The position numbers and the translations under genes are program-made. Source: the human T2T-CHM13v2.0 reference genome, Homo sapiens. Taken from it: 64,000 nucleotides of DNA. The notes under the pieces were generated by a model. It did not search any database. It was not told the origin of the DNA and was given only the letters and a program-made list of their open reading frames with translations. Positions 1-13,599 of this stretch are shown here, one piece after another. Numbering within the stretch: position 1 is the stretch's first letter; each line of letters begins with the position of its first letter. The stretch lies in NCBI RefSeq assembly GCF_009914755.1, contig NC_060934.1, one strand, 5' to 3'.

Positions 1-1012
1 GTTTATGAAGGAAATTAGATTCACTCTTTGCATAAACCAATATATTTTGCTGGTGGCTATGCAAGTCCAATTAACTCCTCTGACAACATGGTAAGATTAG
101 GATATTGGACTATGTTTGTAGCCAATTAGAAATGTCATGGTTGAATACTCATTCTTGTAACATTATTTGGAGTTAAGAAATCCTAGTACTGAAAGATATT
201 TATGGACCTCGTATATGTTTAGGAATAAATTAAGGGCTTTTTTTGTAAGAATTGTAAATATGTAAGGCACAATGTAGTAGAAAGTAGAAAGACATCTCCT
301 TATTATCATTACCAATATTATTACACATTCTAAAAATTAACATTATCATGGGAGAGAATATGGTTAAATAGACAGAATATTTGGTTGGAAAATTAATAGA
401 CCCAAGTCCTAATTTTATTTCTGCTGCTTCATGACTCACAGTCTCTATAATTTTTAAAGAGGAAATAATCATTATAATATCATCAGGATCACATAAGGTA
501 ATAAACATGATGTGCCTTGGAAAGTATAAATAATAAGGTATGAATTATAAAATAGAATTGGAATCACACGTTTCTTCTGAAATTAATTTAAATTATAGTA
601 TAAGCAAATCATAATTTAAACATTAGAAATACACTCAGAAAGTATTTATGAAAAAAATTGAGAACCAAACCTTATTTGAATTGTGCTAAAGATAAATAAG
701 TAGCCCACTCATAACCCTGGTATAAATATTTTATAAGTGAGAATGAAGTTTCCAATAAGACCATGGAACAGTTCAAAAGACCAAAAAGCATACTTAACTG
801 AATGTATGGAAGAGTTATTAATTACCCGAAATTTGAAAACATTCATCAAACCACACATGGATCAAACTGAAAAAGGTAGTTTCAGGGGTTTTAAGGGGTT
901 TTAAGCACAAGCGTCTGAATAATCATTGGCTGACTACTAGGCAATGGTAGTCAGCCCTGGGCAATATTAATCTAAGGAAACCTAAGGCAAAAGTTTCAAA
1001 AATAATAGCAAC

Positions 1013-1363
1013 TATATTTGTGGATTTTCACACAGCTATAAAGAAATACCCAAGACTGGGTGATTTATAAAGGAAAGAGGTTTAATTGACTCACAGTTCC
1101 ACATGGCTGGGGAGGCCTCAGGAAACTTACAATCATGGTGGAAGGGGAAAGAGTCACCTTCTTCACAAGGCAACAGGAAAGAGAAGTGTGAGTGCAGGAA
1201 AAGCTCCCATTTATGAAATCATCAGATCTCTCATGAGAACTCACTATCACAAGAATAGCATGGGGGAACCCACCCCCTTAATCCAATTACTTCCCTTCCT
1301 CAACATGTGGCAATTACCATTCAAGATGAGATTTGGGTGGGGACACAGAGCCAAACCATATCA
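1013..1363 (-). mobile_element. MaLR solo LTR (MST/THE1 family)
   Basis: Ends ...gggtggggacacagagccaaaccatatca, the reverse complement of the MST/THE1 start TGATATGGTTTGG; internal 'gactcacagttccacatggctggggaggcctcaggaaacttacaatcatgg'. Confidence 0.9.
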
Positions 1364-1367
1364 TCAA

Positions 1368-1933
1368 GGAGGGCAGATATCTCTGACACATTGATTTCAT
1401 TTCCTTTGGATATATACTCAGTAGTGGAATTGCTGGATCATACAATAGTTCTATTTTCTATACTTTAGGAAACTTCCAGTCCAGGTGCGGTGGCTCACAC
1501 CCATATTCCCAGCACTTTGGAAGGCCAAGACAGGAGGATTGCTTGAGGCCAGAGGTTCGAGACCAGCCTGGGTAACAAAGTGAGCTACGTCTCCAAAAAA
1601 AGTGAAAAAAAAAAAATAGTCAAGTGTGGTCCCAGCTACCTATAATCCCAGCCACTCAGGAGGCTGGGGCAGGAGGACTGTTTGAGCCCAGGAGTTCAGA
1701 AGCCAAGTGAGCTATGATCATGCCACTGCACTCCAGCCTGGGAGACACACAAAGACACTGTCTCTAAAAATAACAACAACAAAAAAAATTCCATACTTTT
1801 CACCATAATGGCTGTACTAATTTGCATTACCACAAACAGTGTGTAAGCGTTCACTTTTTTCCACATCTTTTCCAACACTTGTTATCTTGTCATGTTGATA
1901 ACAGCCATTCTAACAGGACCGACATGATATCTC
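1368..1933 (-). mobile_element. L1MA-type fragment (ORF2 end), interrupted by AluJ
   Basis: 'gcagatatctc...tttcctttggatatatactcagtagtggaattgctggatca' and 'ccataatggctgtactaatttgcatt...ccaacacttgttatc' are antisense old-L1 sequence. Confidence 0.8.
1479..1788 (+). mobile_element. AluJ
   Basis: Dimeric Alu with J-type 'ggaggattgcttgaggccag' and 'gagctatgatcatgccactgcactccagcctggg'; A tail; degenerate TSD aaa(c)ttcca. Confidence 0.92.
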
Positions 1934-1934
1934 C

Positions 1935-2085
1935 TAGATAGTAATGAATTTGTTACTTAACTAGATTTAACTATTCCACAATGTATATATATCTCAAAGC
2001 ATTATGTTGTATACAATAAATACATATAATTTTACCTGTTAATCAAGAAAATAATAATTTTTAAAATAATATTTTTACATAAATA
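1935..2085 (+). mobile_element. L1MA-type 3' terminus with A-rich tail
   Basis: 'ttccacaatgtatatat...aaagcattatgttgtatacaataaatacatataatttt' resembles an L1MA 3' UTR end. Confidence 0.65.
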
Positions 2086-2104
2086 AAAAATAATAACAAA
2101 AAAA

Positions 2105-2430
2105 CTGAGAAGTAAAATTAGAGTTTGCAAAAAATACATAGAGAATTAAAGGAAAGTATTAAGATAATGACATCCAAGACAGACTATCACAGGAATAAAG
2201 TTTGTTTGTTTGTTTGTTTGTTTAAAAAAAGCTATATGGAAATTCTACAGTTTAAAAATACAGTAAGTGAACAACTCACTAGAGTATATGCATCCCAATA
2301 ATAGAACTGAGCTGGAAGAAAAAATAACCCATGGACTTGAAGATAGAGCAGAGAGATTATTTAACCTAAAGAACAGACAAAAAGCAAAACAGAGTCTCAG
2401 GAACCTGTGGGACAATGTTAAATATATAAC
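2105..2430 (+). mobile_element. Ancient L1M ORF1-region fragment
   Basis: A-rich 'ggacttgaagatagagcagagagattattt...aacagagtctcaggaacctgtgggacaat' (…QSLRNLWDN… resembles L1 ORF1). Confidence 0.6.
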
Positions 2431-2494
2431 TCATTGTTATTCTAATGCTTGTTTTAGGAGTTACATTATATGTCTTTAACTTATCATATTTTAC

Positions 2495-3036
2495 TGTGAT
2501 ACACTGAATAGTGCCCCACAAAGATGCTCATGTCGTAATCCTCAGAATTTATAAGTATGTTACCTTAAAGAGTAAAAGAGACTTTGGAGATGTGAGTATG
2601 TTAAAAAAGTGAGGCGTGGAGATGATCCTGGATTATCCAGATGAGCCCAGAGTAATCACAAGGGTCCTTATGACAGAGAGGCAGAGGCAAGGAGATGTGA
2701 AGTGAGGGCAAGCACGGGGGCAAGAATGAGAAGTGGGGGCAAGCATGAGAGAGAGGAAGAAAGAGAGAGAGAGAGAGAAAGAGAGTTGAAGACATTACAC
2801 TGCTGAGCTTGAAAATAGAGGAAGAAGCCACAACAAAGAAAGACTCTATTAGCTGAAAGGGGCAAGGAAATTGATTCTTCCCTAAAGCCTCCAGGAGAAA
2901 CACAGTGGTGCTAACACCTTGACTTTAGCCTAGTAAAATCATTTTGGAGCTCCAGGACTATAAAAAATAAAATTGTATTGTCCTAAATCACATAGCTGTC
3001 AGTAATTTATTATAGCAGAAAGAGGAAACAAATATA
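2495..3036 (+). mobile_element. MLT1 (MLT1D-like) MaLR LTR
   Basis: Starts tgtgatacactgaat; internal 'gagatgatcctggattatccagatgagccc...gtaatcacaagggtcctta'; ends 'tatagcagaaagaggaaacaaatata'. Confidence 0.85.
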
Positions 3037-3071
3037 TCATAGTCAAATAATATTGTGCCACTTCATATATA

Positions 3072-3304
3072 GCAGGTATTCTTAACTGGGGATAATTTTT
3101 GTCTGCTAGGGGACAAATGACAATATCTATAGACACTTTTTATTGGCACAAATGGTGGCAGTGGGAGTAGGCATGGTGCTGATGGTATTAGCTGTGTAGA
3201 GTGTAGAAGCCAAGATACTGCTAAACAATGCATAGTACAGCCCATAAAAATAAAATAGAACTACCCAGCCTAAAATGACAAGAGTGCTGAGATTGAGTAT
3301 CTGC
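3072..3304. mobile_element. MER20 hAT-Charlie DNA transposon
   Basis: 'ttcttaactggggataatttt...ggggacaaatgacaatatctatagacactttt...gatactgctaaaca...aaaatgacaagagtgctgagattgag' matches the MER20 layout. Confidence 0.8.
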
Positions 3305-3449
3305 ATACCTAGTTTAGAAACTTATAATAGCATACTTTCATTTTTTCACTCCAACATTGTATGCTACTGCTTGTCATACATTTTATTTTTACAAAAGTTA
3401 TTAATGACAGAATACTTTGTCAGTATTTGTATTTAAACATTTGATGAAC

Positions 3450-4699
3450 ATTTTAACAGTGTTATTGAGCTTGAATTCACATACCATACAATTCACTCAC
3501 TTAAAGTATTACATTCAATATATTTTAATATGCTCACAGTTTTGCAGTCATCATCACAATCTATATTAAAAGTGTTTCTCACCTATCCCAAATAACCCAT
3601 ATTAGCAGTTACTTGCCAATTGCTTCCCATGTCCCTCCTTCCTAAGATTTAGGCAACCATGAATCTACTTTCTGTTTTATAAATTATCTATTTTGGCCAT
3701 TTTGTATAAATTGAATTATACAACATGTGGTTTTTCTAGCTTTTTTCACCTAACATTTCAAAGTCTATCCATATTGTTTCAGTACTTATTTTTTTATTGC
3801 CAAATAATAGTCCACCAAATGGGTAAATCATATTTATTCAATTCATCAGTTGGTAGACATTTGGGCTTTTTCTTCCTTTTGACTAATATGAATAACACTG
3901 CTATGAATTTTCATATACAAAGTTCTGCGTGGACATAAGTTTTCATTTTTTATTGGCATATAGATAGGAGTTTATTTACTGGGTCACATGGTAACTCTGT
4001 GTTTAACATTTTGAGAAACTGCCAAACTATTTTCTAAATTGGCTGCACCATTTTATACCCTCACCAACAAAGTCTGAGGGTTCAGTATCTCCATACCTTG
4101 CCCAACACTTGTTAATATTTGTCTTTGTGATGTTAGTTATGCTAATGGAAATAAAGTGGCAGCTAATTGTGGATTTAATTTTTATTTCCCAGGTGGCTAC
4201 TCATGTTGGTATTTTTATAATATGATTATTGGCCATTGGTATATCTTCTTTGGAGAAATGTTTAGTTATACCCTTTGTCCATTTTTAGTTGAGTTATATG
4301 TCTTTTTATTATTGAATTATGAGCTTTTTATGTATTCTGAATAGAAGTCCATATGCTGATCTATCAGGTAAATATTTTCTCCCCTTACGTGGTTTGTGTT
4401 TTTATATTTTTGATGGTTTCCTTTCACGTTGAAAAGTTTTTAATTTTGATGAAGTACAAATTATATTTTGTCACTTTTGCTTTTGTTTCATATCTAAGAA
4501 ACTATTGCCTTCCCCAAGGTCATAAAGATTTACTCTTGGGTTTTCTTTTTAGAATTGTTTAGTTTTAGCTATTTCATTTAATAATCTTATTTATTTTGGA
4601 TTAAGTTTTCTGTGTGGTATGAAGAAGAGGTCCAGCTTCATTGTTTTGGACATACATACAGAGTTTTCTCAGCACCATTTGTTGAAGGCTATCTTTCCC
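3450..4699 (-). mobile_element. L1MB-type 3' fragment
   Basis: Antisense 3' end 'ttattgag...ttcacataccatacaattcactcacttaaagt' through 'gcaccatttgttgaaggctatctttccc'. Confidence 0.85.
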
Positions 4700-4754
4700 G
4701 CAATAAAGTTCACAAATGGTTTCATGATCTCCTTTCACAGAGGGAGAATTCTAA

Positions 4755-5135
<381 letters not shown>

Positions 5136-5672
5136 GAAAGGTTATTTTTCAAGTATTTTCTTTCTTCACTAACTTTCTTTAATTTAATTTTTCCTTTGGC
5201 AGTACTGTCTCTTTAAACTGCTGACCCTGATCAACTTGAGGGAAGGAAGAAGTGAAAATTCTCCTGTATCATTGACAAGAGCTAACCAATGATTTATTCA
5301 GGCAATGTCACGTTTATTTCTAACAGCTGCAAGTGCCAACAAACTCAATCCTGGCCTCTGAGGTGTTAACCTGATGCTGAAGTCCAAACACCTGCTCAGA
5401 TTCCTTCACCTTGTATGTTGACTCAGTGCCATTTCCCTATCAGGTAGATTACATAAAGCATATGCATCAACTCCGAATCCACACTGTAGCAAGAATGCCA
5501 TGTCTCCCAGGAAAATGTGCATCTTGTTCAATTCTCAGTAAAGTAGATGCAGCCTGGATAATGAAAACTGAATACATTCAAGTATTCCCATTTAGCCACT
5601 AGTCTCCTCCCTCTTCAAATTGCATAATTTCCCTTGTAATAAGTACGGTGACATTTCACTTACTTGTAATTC

Positions 5673-6710
5673 TGTGTCTTAGCCTGAATTCCTCCAGAAA
5701 GTAGACAGTAGACCTTGAGGCAAAGATCCAAGTGAGGGTGGTGTATTTTTGAAGGTGGGGGGAGGTAATCTCAGGCAACATGCAGAGAGAAATAGAAGGA
5801 CAGGCAGTGAAGGATAGGAACAAAGAGAGGTGAGTTATCAAGCAAGTTGGCATTATGGGTGACTGGAGTATAATCACACCAGGAAAGTCTAGGACTTCTT
5901 AAGGAATATATACCTCAGAGTTATCCCATTCGAGTTGGAGAGGGAACTTGAGTACTTATGTAACAGTCCTGTCAGTCATTGGATGAGAGCCCTCCCTTCC
6001 TTAAGAGAGACAATTCTTTAACGCATCCGATCTGTCCAGTCCGCAGGCAAACCAGGTCCTTGCGGTTAGAGAAAGACTAAGACAGAGACAGGCAGTGTTT
6101 TAGTTATGGTTCTTCAAAGAAATAAATTCAACAGAACATATAAACATATATAAGAAGAAATGTATTGTAGGAATTGGCTCACAAATTATGGAGGCTGAGA
6201 AGTCTCACAAGCTGCCATCTGCAAGCTGGAGAAGGAAAAAAGCCACTGGTGTAATTTAGTGTGAGCCTGAAGGCCTTAGAATTGGGTTTTGGAAAGAGGT
6301 GATGCTGTAAGTCCTGTCCTGGTCTAAGTCTGAAAGCCTGAGAACAGGAGTATGTTTGTCCAAGGACAAAAGAACATGAATGTCTCCATTCCATTCACTC
6401 CATTAGTGAGTTCTCCCTTCCTCCACCTTTTAGTTCTATCTCATTCCTCAACAGATTGGATGATGCCCAACCACAATGAGGAGGGCCATCTGTTTTACTC
6501 AATTCACTAATTCAAATGCTGATCTCTTCCAAAAACAGCCTCACAGACACAACCAGGAATCATGTTTACCTGCAATCTAGGCATCTCTTAGCCCGATCAG
6601 GTTGACACAAAATTAACCATCGCTGGCAAGAATGGCATTGGAAGTTGGGCCAGTATACAGTGAAAATATAAGGGCTAAGGGCAGGTAGTCAGTGCACCAT
6701 CGGTGTCTTC
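5673..6710. mobile_element. Old MLT1 (K/L-like) LTR, split by an MLT2 LTR
   Basis: 'tgtcttagcctgaattcctccagaaag...ccttgaggcaaagatccaagtg' continues after 6623 as 'ggcattggaagttgggccag'. Confidence 0.55.
6096..6624 (-). mobile_element. MLT2 (ERVL) solo LTR
   Basis: 'ggaattggctcacaaattatggaggctgagaagtctcacaagctgccatctgcaagctggaga' ... 'gttgacacaaaattaaccatc'; near-TSD ggca(g/a). Confidence 0.88.
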
Positions 6711-7609
6711 TCAGACCACTTATGTGTCAACTTTCCAGAACAGATCTAGACCAAAAAGTTAGCTAAAAATGGTATCCTCAAGCACTCAAAGCTCCATTTC
6801 TTGTGGAGAATGCCATGAACTCTCACTTAAATGTATTTGCTGACTCTTAGGAAAGGCTTCAAACCTTCACACAATTTGAATCGCATGGGACAGCTGGTTG
6901 CCTAATTCACTATAGCTTTCCTATTGGAAGCAGCAGATACCTCCTATTGGTAGACACATGCCCGACACTAATAAATAATGATAGAGTGGTAACAGATGAC
7001 AGTAAAGGAGACTGAAAAATATAAAAACAAAACAGACACAAGAAAGCTGAGGAAACAGAGTTTTAAAATAAGTAACAAATAGCTTTCTTTATATTAAGTT
7101 TCAGTATAATAAATAATTACTATAATATTCATTAAGTCAACAGTTACTGAGCATTGTTAGTATGTCATTTGCATTGCTGTAGATGGAGGGGGAAGCATAA
7201 TTAATATTACCACCAAAGTCATAGCCATTATGAGATTATACTCTTGTGGTGAAGGCAGATTTTTTAATGCATATTTAAATGGTTCTACTCAAAAAGATAG
7301 GAAGTAAAATTCATTCAAAAATCAAATAAAGCTATTTTTTAATATAAAGGGAATAATAATGGGCATGCTGAAAAACTTTGTTATTCAGAAGAATTAATTC
7401 CCCAGGATTGACCAAGAGCTGGACTTTCACTGTGACTGCCTTGAACTGCCTCCCCTTTCTCCTGCTTGCCTTCTGAGTGAAAGGCCTAAGTAATGTGTGG
7501 AATACAGGACTAAGCAGAGGAAAGGGAAACTTACAGAATTTGTCCTCAGAACAACTCAACCATGGAAAATTTTATATAATGGTGCTAAAAGGAAAATCAG
7601 AGCACACAT

Positions 7610-7867
7610 ATCAGAGAGCCCTGGAGTACAGAACTGGGTTTGAGCCTTTGCTCAGCTGCCTGGTAACTGTGTAATTTTGGATGAGTAACCTTCTCTGAGC
7701 CTCAGTTTCTTTGGGTGTATAATGAACTTTTTAATAATACTAGCTTTTCAGAATTGGGCATTGAGTTATCTAATGAAAAATCCCTAGCTCAGAAAAATCC
7801 CTAGCCCAGAAAAATCCCTAGCTCAGCAATTTCTGGCACACTGATAGGAGGAACTCAATAAATACTT
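7610..7867 (+). mobile_element. MIR SINE containing a 17-bp triplication
   Basis: MIR core 'aaccttctctgagcctcagtttc' and end 'ctggcaca...ctcaataaatact'. Confidence 0.75.
7775..7826. repeat. Tandem repeat, 3 x 17 bp (GAAAAATCCCTAGCYCA)
   Basis: Read directly from the sequence. Confidence 0.95.
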
Positions 7868-10800
7868 CCTTCCTAGTCACGTGAATATTCTGTCACTCTG
7901 ACAGTAAGTGGAAGCAAATTTGTCTTGATGCATCCACAGAGTTGAGCGCATGTGTACCCAGTGATGGCTAGCCTTGACAAATTTGCATGTACACTGTATT
8001 AATCAAACAGGTTTATGTGGTAGACACTAACAACATGGAGACCACCCCTCCACAAGTCTAGACTTGTTGCACATACTAACCAGACTCAGCTCACTGAATC
8101 AGACCTCCCAAAGCTGAGTGACATACTGGCTTCAAAATTAGAAGTAGTATTTTGCTGACAGAGTCTACCACAATTCATTTTGTCACATTCCAAGGGCTCT
8201 CCATAAGGGTGCCAAGAACTCTAAAGTCCCATAACTGGGAAACATGTATTTCACTTCTGGAAAGACTAACAACCAAGGGCAAACATGAGGAAGGAGACAC
8301 AGCTAAACACGCCTGCACTCATGCTGGAGCAACTCCAGATGTTTAAGGAAAGCCAGTTGCTCACAGCACAGATCACACCTGCTTCACCAGTTGTAATCAG
8401 AGCCTGTTGAGTTTCAGAGAAATTAACTGGTAATAGACAAATAACCTAAGAAGGCTTAACAATTCCATACCAAACAGACAACAGAATGTCATGCAATAAA
8501 ATGGCAAGTGAAATTGCAGGTTAATAACCTTGCACTTTACAATATACTGTACTTTACAATACAGTGAGGCATATAATATAGAGTACCAGGCTGGAATAAA
8601 ATGTACTATAAATAACATAAATGCATATATAATAACAGTTTATAGATAATTTCAGCACTAATTGTAGTCAAGTTGCCTTGCTTTAATATGATGTCATAAT
8701 GATGTCATATGAGTAGCTTCCTGCCTGGTTCTTCCCTGAGCTGGCACCAAATAAAAATATTTTTCTCAGCTACAGTAGTTATTAATGAAAACCCCAACTT
8801 ATGAATTTTTTTTGGATGAACATGCATGAACAAAAACAGATTGTCACAAGATGGGTAAGGCCTCTTAGGTTGCACACACTGCCAGTTCTGATGCAGAATT
8901 CTCCTCCCAAAGATGTTTCCAACTATTTCAAAGGAAGGAAACTTTTAAGCTGTCCGTATTCACCTGTCATCTATTTCATACTACCTGGTAGATGTGGCTC
9001 TGGTCAAAAATGCCACAGCAGCTGGGAGCTCAGCTCTCCCCATCTAAGGTGCTTCAACTTAGCGAGAGATATAATAACATACAAACTACTTATATAAGAT
9101 ACAAGACATTAGCTTTCAGTAACATTAAAAACACAGCTCCTGGAAGGTGAATGGCAGGAGCAACTGATTGGTTGGCAAATAATAGGGAAGGTCAGGGAAG
9201 TAGCCTTTCTTTGCCCTGGTCCTTAAAGGAAGAGACTCCTCCTGCCAGGAAGTTTGCATGTATGTCTCTTGGGATGTAAATTAAGGGACATCATCATTTC
9301 AAAGTACCATTCAATGAAGAAAGAAAACCTATTATGACTGATGAACAAACATGTTTCTGCTAAAAACAAATAAACATAAACATAAATAAACCCTGTACTG
9401 AGGAGAGAGGAAAGGTGTGTAAGTACAGTTGTCAGAGGGAAAAAGAATTGCAAGAGAAGATAATTTAACACTCACAGTGGACAGTGTCTAGAAGAATATC
9501 ACTATCAAATGAAATAGTTGAGTCTCCAACAGAGTGAATGGGCTAGTTGTGAATGGATCAAAGAAAGTACGCAGGTGTCAGTGCATTTCTCGGTACAAAT
9601 GAGTGAATGGGATGCAGGCTGAACTATGGAAAGAACCAGCAAAATGGATTAGGTTCTTAGGAGACCCAATACATAACAGTTGTCTGCTCTATCTTGGGTT
9701 CTAAACTAAAGAGTAAGGCCAATAGACTTCAAAATATAACCTTTACTACCATAAAGTCAAAACTAGGGGATACGGTTTAGTATAAAAACAAATACATCGA
9801 AAAAAATACATCTAAACAAAACAAAACAAAACAAGCAGGTCTGCCAAATGAATCCTAGAATGAGAAAGACTTATAAGTGCTCTCAGAGGCACTGGGACAG
9901 GACAGGCCACACTGGAGCTTAACTTAGAGGAAAGGACCACCCTTGAAATAACAGCAGAAAACATCATCTCCCTGCAGGTAGTTACCTCCTGAAAGAAAAA
10001 TACACGCAGACCCAACATATTTTTTAACAAGTAGACCCTAGTCCCAGCCCATCCCTCATTCCCCCTCCACCCACCACCCCACCCCAAGTGATTTTCTTGC
10101 CATTTGACTGTAGACATTCTTTGAGGAGTAATGTACTACCTATTTCCTCATGCTGCCTTTTTCCAAGGTTCTCTTGTGATGGCCTAACGAGGTAATGAAG
10201 TTAACTATGTCAGGTTTCATATGTTTCTTTATGATTCCTAGTCCTATGTAATTATGTACCAAATTGTTACTCTGCTTCATTTTTATTTTCCCAAGTAAAT
10301 ACGTATTTATGAAAGAAGTTCTTTTGACTCAGTTAGTACAAAGAATAATGTCTAAAGATCATTTTCACCGAAGCAAGTACCTAATAACTTCTCAAATGCG
10401 CTGAAGAACACTTCCTTAAATAGTTCCTCAAACTGCAGTTGTGAGAAACAGCCATCAAACTCTGCCTAGGACCTTTTTCCAAGAGCTCTCCACCCAAGCA
10501 GAAGCAGCATTGGAGGTCTTGGGACTCTGGCATTCACACAAATCTCATCACAGTTTTCTTAGACAAGTGTCCATTGAAACAACCATACCCTTATTCCCTA
10601 GGTTTCAAGTACTCTTTCAAATAAAAGATCAACATCAAGTAATTAAACTCTAGCTCTCCTTTTCCAAGCTGACATACAGACATTAAATCTACACAGGGTT
10701 GGTGGACATGGGTTAAGCAGCTTCTATAGGCTTTGAAAGCTGCCCATTTTTCACTTGCAAGTTTTCACAGAGAGTTGTTGTTTGTTTGGTTTGCTGGTTT

Positions 10801-11539
10801 GCTTGTGCTCAAGAAGGTCAATATCTGGCTAATGTAATTAATTGGGGCACACTTGGTCCATGATGATAGCCTTAAGAATCAATAGATGTTTCAAGCATGA
10901 CTGTTTTCATTAATAAGATATTTTATTAAATTAGGGTGGTAGATGATGGTGATGTCCTGGACCTTATCAATTATAAATGAACTATTGCTTGGAGAAAATT
11001 AGAATTTCCAATTCCCTGTTCCTTGCCAGAGATCATCCAGGCTGTACTTACAGAGCAGGGCTTTATGATTTAAGGCACTTCAGTGATCCAGGCTCTTATC
11101 TAATGCAATCAAAATTTCCTGGGCTCAGCCTGACTTATTGAGGACAGCTCTCCACAGGGACTGAACATTCAGGAACCCCTGGAGAAATTCCTTCTGGTTT
11201 GGTGGCTCTCCTTACATGGAGAGTCCTGGGAAAAAGTAGAGCAGGGCAAAGGTCATATGGAGCTGCCTCGAAGATGGGAGCTACCTGGATGTCCTGAACA
11301 GACACAGATTTTCATCATTTCAGATCAACTTTGAAATGTTGATTCAAAGTTGAATCAACATGATAAAATCTTCATCACAAGGTGGTTATGAGTATTGAAT
11401 GAGACATAGTATGTCAATGTCTGGTGTGGAGTATATCCTCACTAGTTTTAGATATTATGTCATTACTGCTATTATTAAATACATTAGTGAATCACTTAAT
11501 TGTAGTAATGACAATTGCTACACTTAATTATAGCAGTAA

Positions 11540-11790
11540 TGACATAACAGCTACAGCTTGTGAGGACATACTCTGCATCAGACATTGAGCTACTATGTAT
11601 CACTCAATACTCACAACCAACTTGTGATGAGGATTTTATCATGAACACCATTTTTAGGGGGATGAGGAAAATGAAGTTCCACACGTTAAAATTATTTGCC
11701 CAAAGCTACGATGCTAATGATCGGTGGTACTAGAATTAAAGTCAGGTTTATAACACTAAAACCCCTGGATTTACCCATCATGCTATCTCC
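11540..11790 (-). mobile_element. MIR fragment
   Basis: 'ctcacaacc...ccatttt...gatgaggaaaatgaag...gttaaattatttgcccaaagct'. Confidence 0.65.
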
Positions 11791-13599
11791 AACCAGTACT
11801 TCTATCAACCAAATCAGGTTAATGGGGGATTGGGAACACTGATGATCTAAGTTCTTTGTTAGGCACAAGCAAAATGAGCCCTAATTTGTTGGAACGATTT
11901 GGGACAACAAACTTCACTTGTTCAAAACTTACCCACATGTTCACCATGACCCAAAGATTATTTTCAGTCATCATTGAAGGCATCTTCTAAATTCAATTAT
12001 TTTGTGTACTGAGGAATGGAAGTAGGAAGTGAAGTCTATCTATAGGGAAAAAAAAACTATTCTGTGGACTATTTTCAGGTATTCTGTCCAGCCTGGGGAG
12101 ATGAAGATAGAATGAAGAACAGAATAACAGGGGAGAAAGTCCAAATTTCATGTTCTTAAAGAAGATGTCAAAACAATGATGGGAGAACTTTTCTGCTTAT
12201 TTCTTTTGTTTTCTTGGTGCAAGAGGGTAGGGGGCAGGAATTTTCTTTCAGAAAAAAGTTAAGATTTGTCATCGTTGACCAAAAGAATAAAGAAAGCATT
12301 ACTGCATTAAGTAATTTAGTAGCCAGAAGAGTAGATGGAAATTATAAAAAGATAATAATAATAATTTCTGGGATTTTATAAGATTATAGAGGTCTTTAAC
12401 ATTTATTATCCTATGTGTTCCTCACAACAGTCATGTGGGAAAATAGAATGGAGATTATTAGCCCCTTATGAAAAATAATAAAAATATATTTTTTAAATTG
12501 AGACTAAAAAACTAATTAATTAGCAAGGTCATATGATTGGTAATTAGAAGAGCCAGCATCAATCCCTGGCCTTTGGTCTAATTGTCCCTTCAGTAGAAAC
12601 TCTATACATGGTTAAGATAAGAGGAAAGATCTCAGAAAGCAAGCTGATGGAGAAAGCTATGAACACAGATAGTTATGTCTGGGTCTTTTCCTGATCTTCC
12701 TCAAACCTTGTGCTTTAACTTAAGAGAAATCCACATATGTCTGTGCATCTCTTGGTCCTAAAATCTATTTCTCAGACACATCCCATGGCTGAGGCTAGGG
12801 ACACACCAGCTTATGGACAAAGCCATTCTTGCATTTTCATGTTTATTATCTTGGCAGGCATGGTACAGAGAGGTCAGTGCATGTTCCAGCCTACCTTGCT
12901 GGGAAAAAGCAGAATTGGGTAAAATTAAGATATAATTTTTCCTTGATATTCAACCAGTCAATAATCATGAAAAGATGTTTTAGAGTCTTCCTTTCCAGAC
13001 GTTAATAGAGCAGTGTTTCCAAGAGGCAGGTGCTAGTTTTACTATTTAGTGCACTAGGGCCAAATGTGTGTTTTCTTTATTTAGATTTGGTTAATTTTAG
13101 ATTTTTATTTCTTATTCAATTTCAATAAATAAATCAATTATCAGAACAGCCTGGCCCATAAAATTCCATTTTTCTGTTTCTATCATTACCAGTTCAGAAT
13201 AAATGTATTAGGCAGATGATAGCGCACTATCATCGAGAATCTTTGGCCATGTAGATCTCAGAAGAATAATCCTATGTCTTGTCTCTAGAAATTCAACATT
13301 AGGGTTGTAGAAGAGAAAAAATATAGTGAAAGTTTGGTTTTTGATGGGACTGAAAGCTGAAAAAAATGTAGAGGTAGACAGACCATAAGTATATGTGAGT
13401 TTATTTGTCCTTCCAACTAGGATGTGTTGTAGAAGACACCAAAGACATATTCTATGTTTCCTTCCCACAGCACAAAGTCTAGTTGAAGAGACAAGGCTTT
13501 GATGTATACTAAACATGCAGGAACAAAAAGGTGCTTCCTCATAAGCAGGGCACTTAGTCAGCTTTAGATATAAACAGGCCAGTCATTTGTCAGTTACAA

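Noticed and set aside
884-905. (AGGGGTTTTA)2, telomere-like
   Set aside because: Only two units and not TTAGGG; an ordinary micro-duplication.
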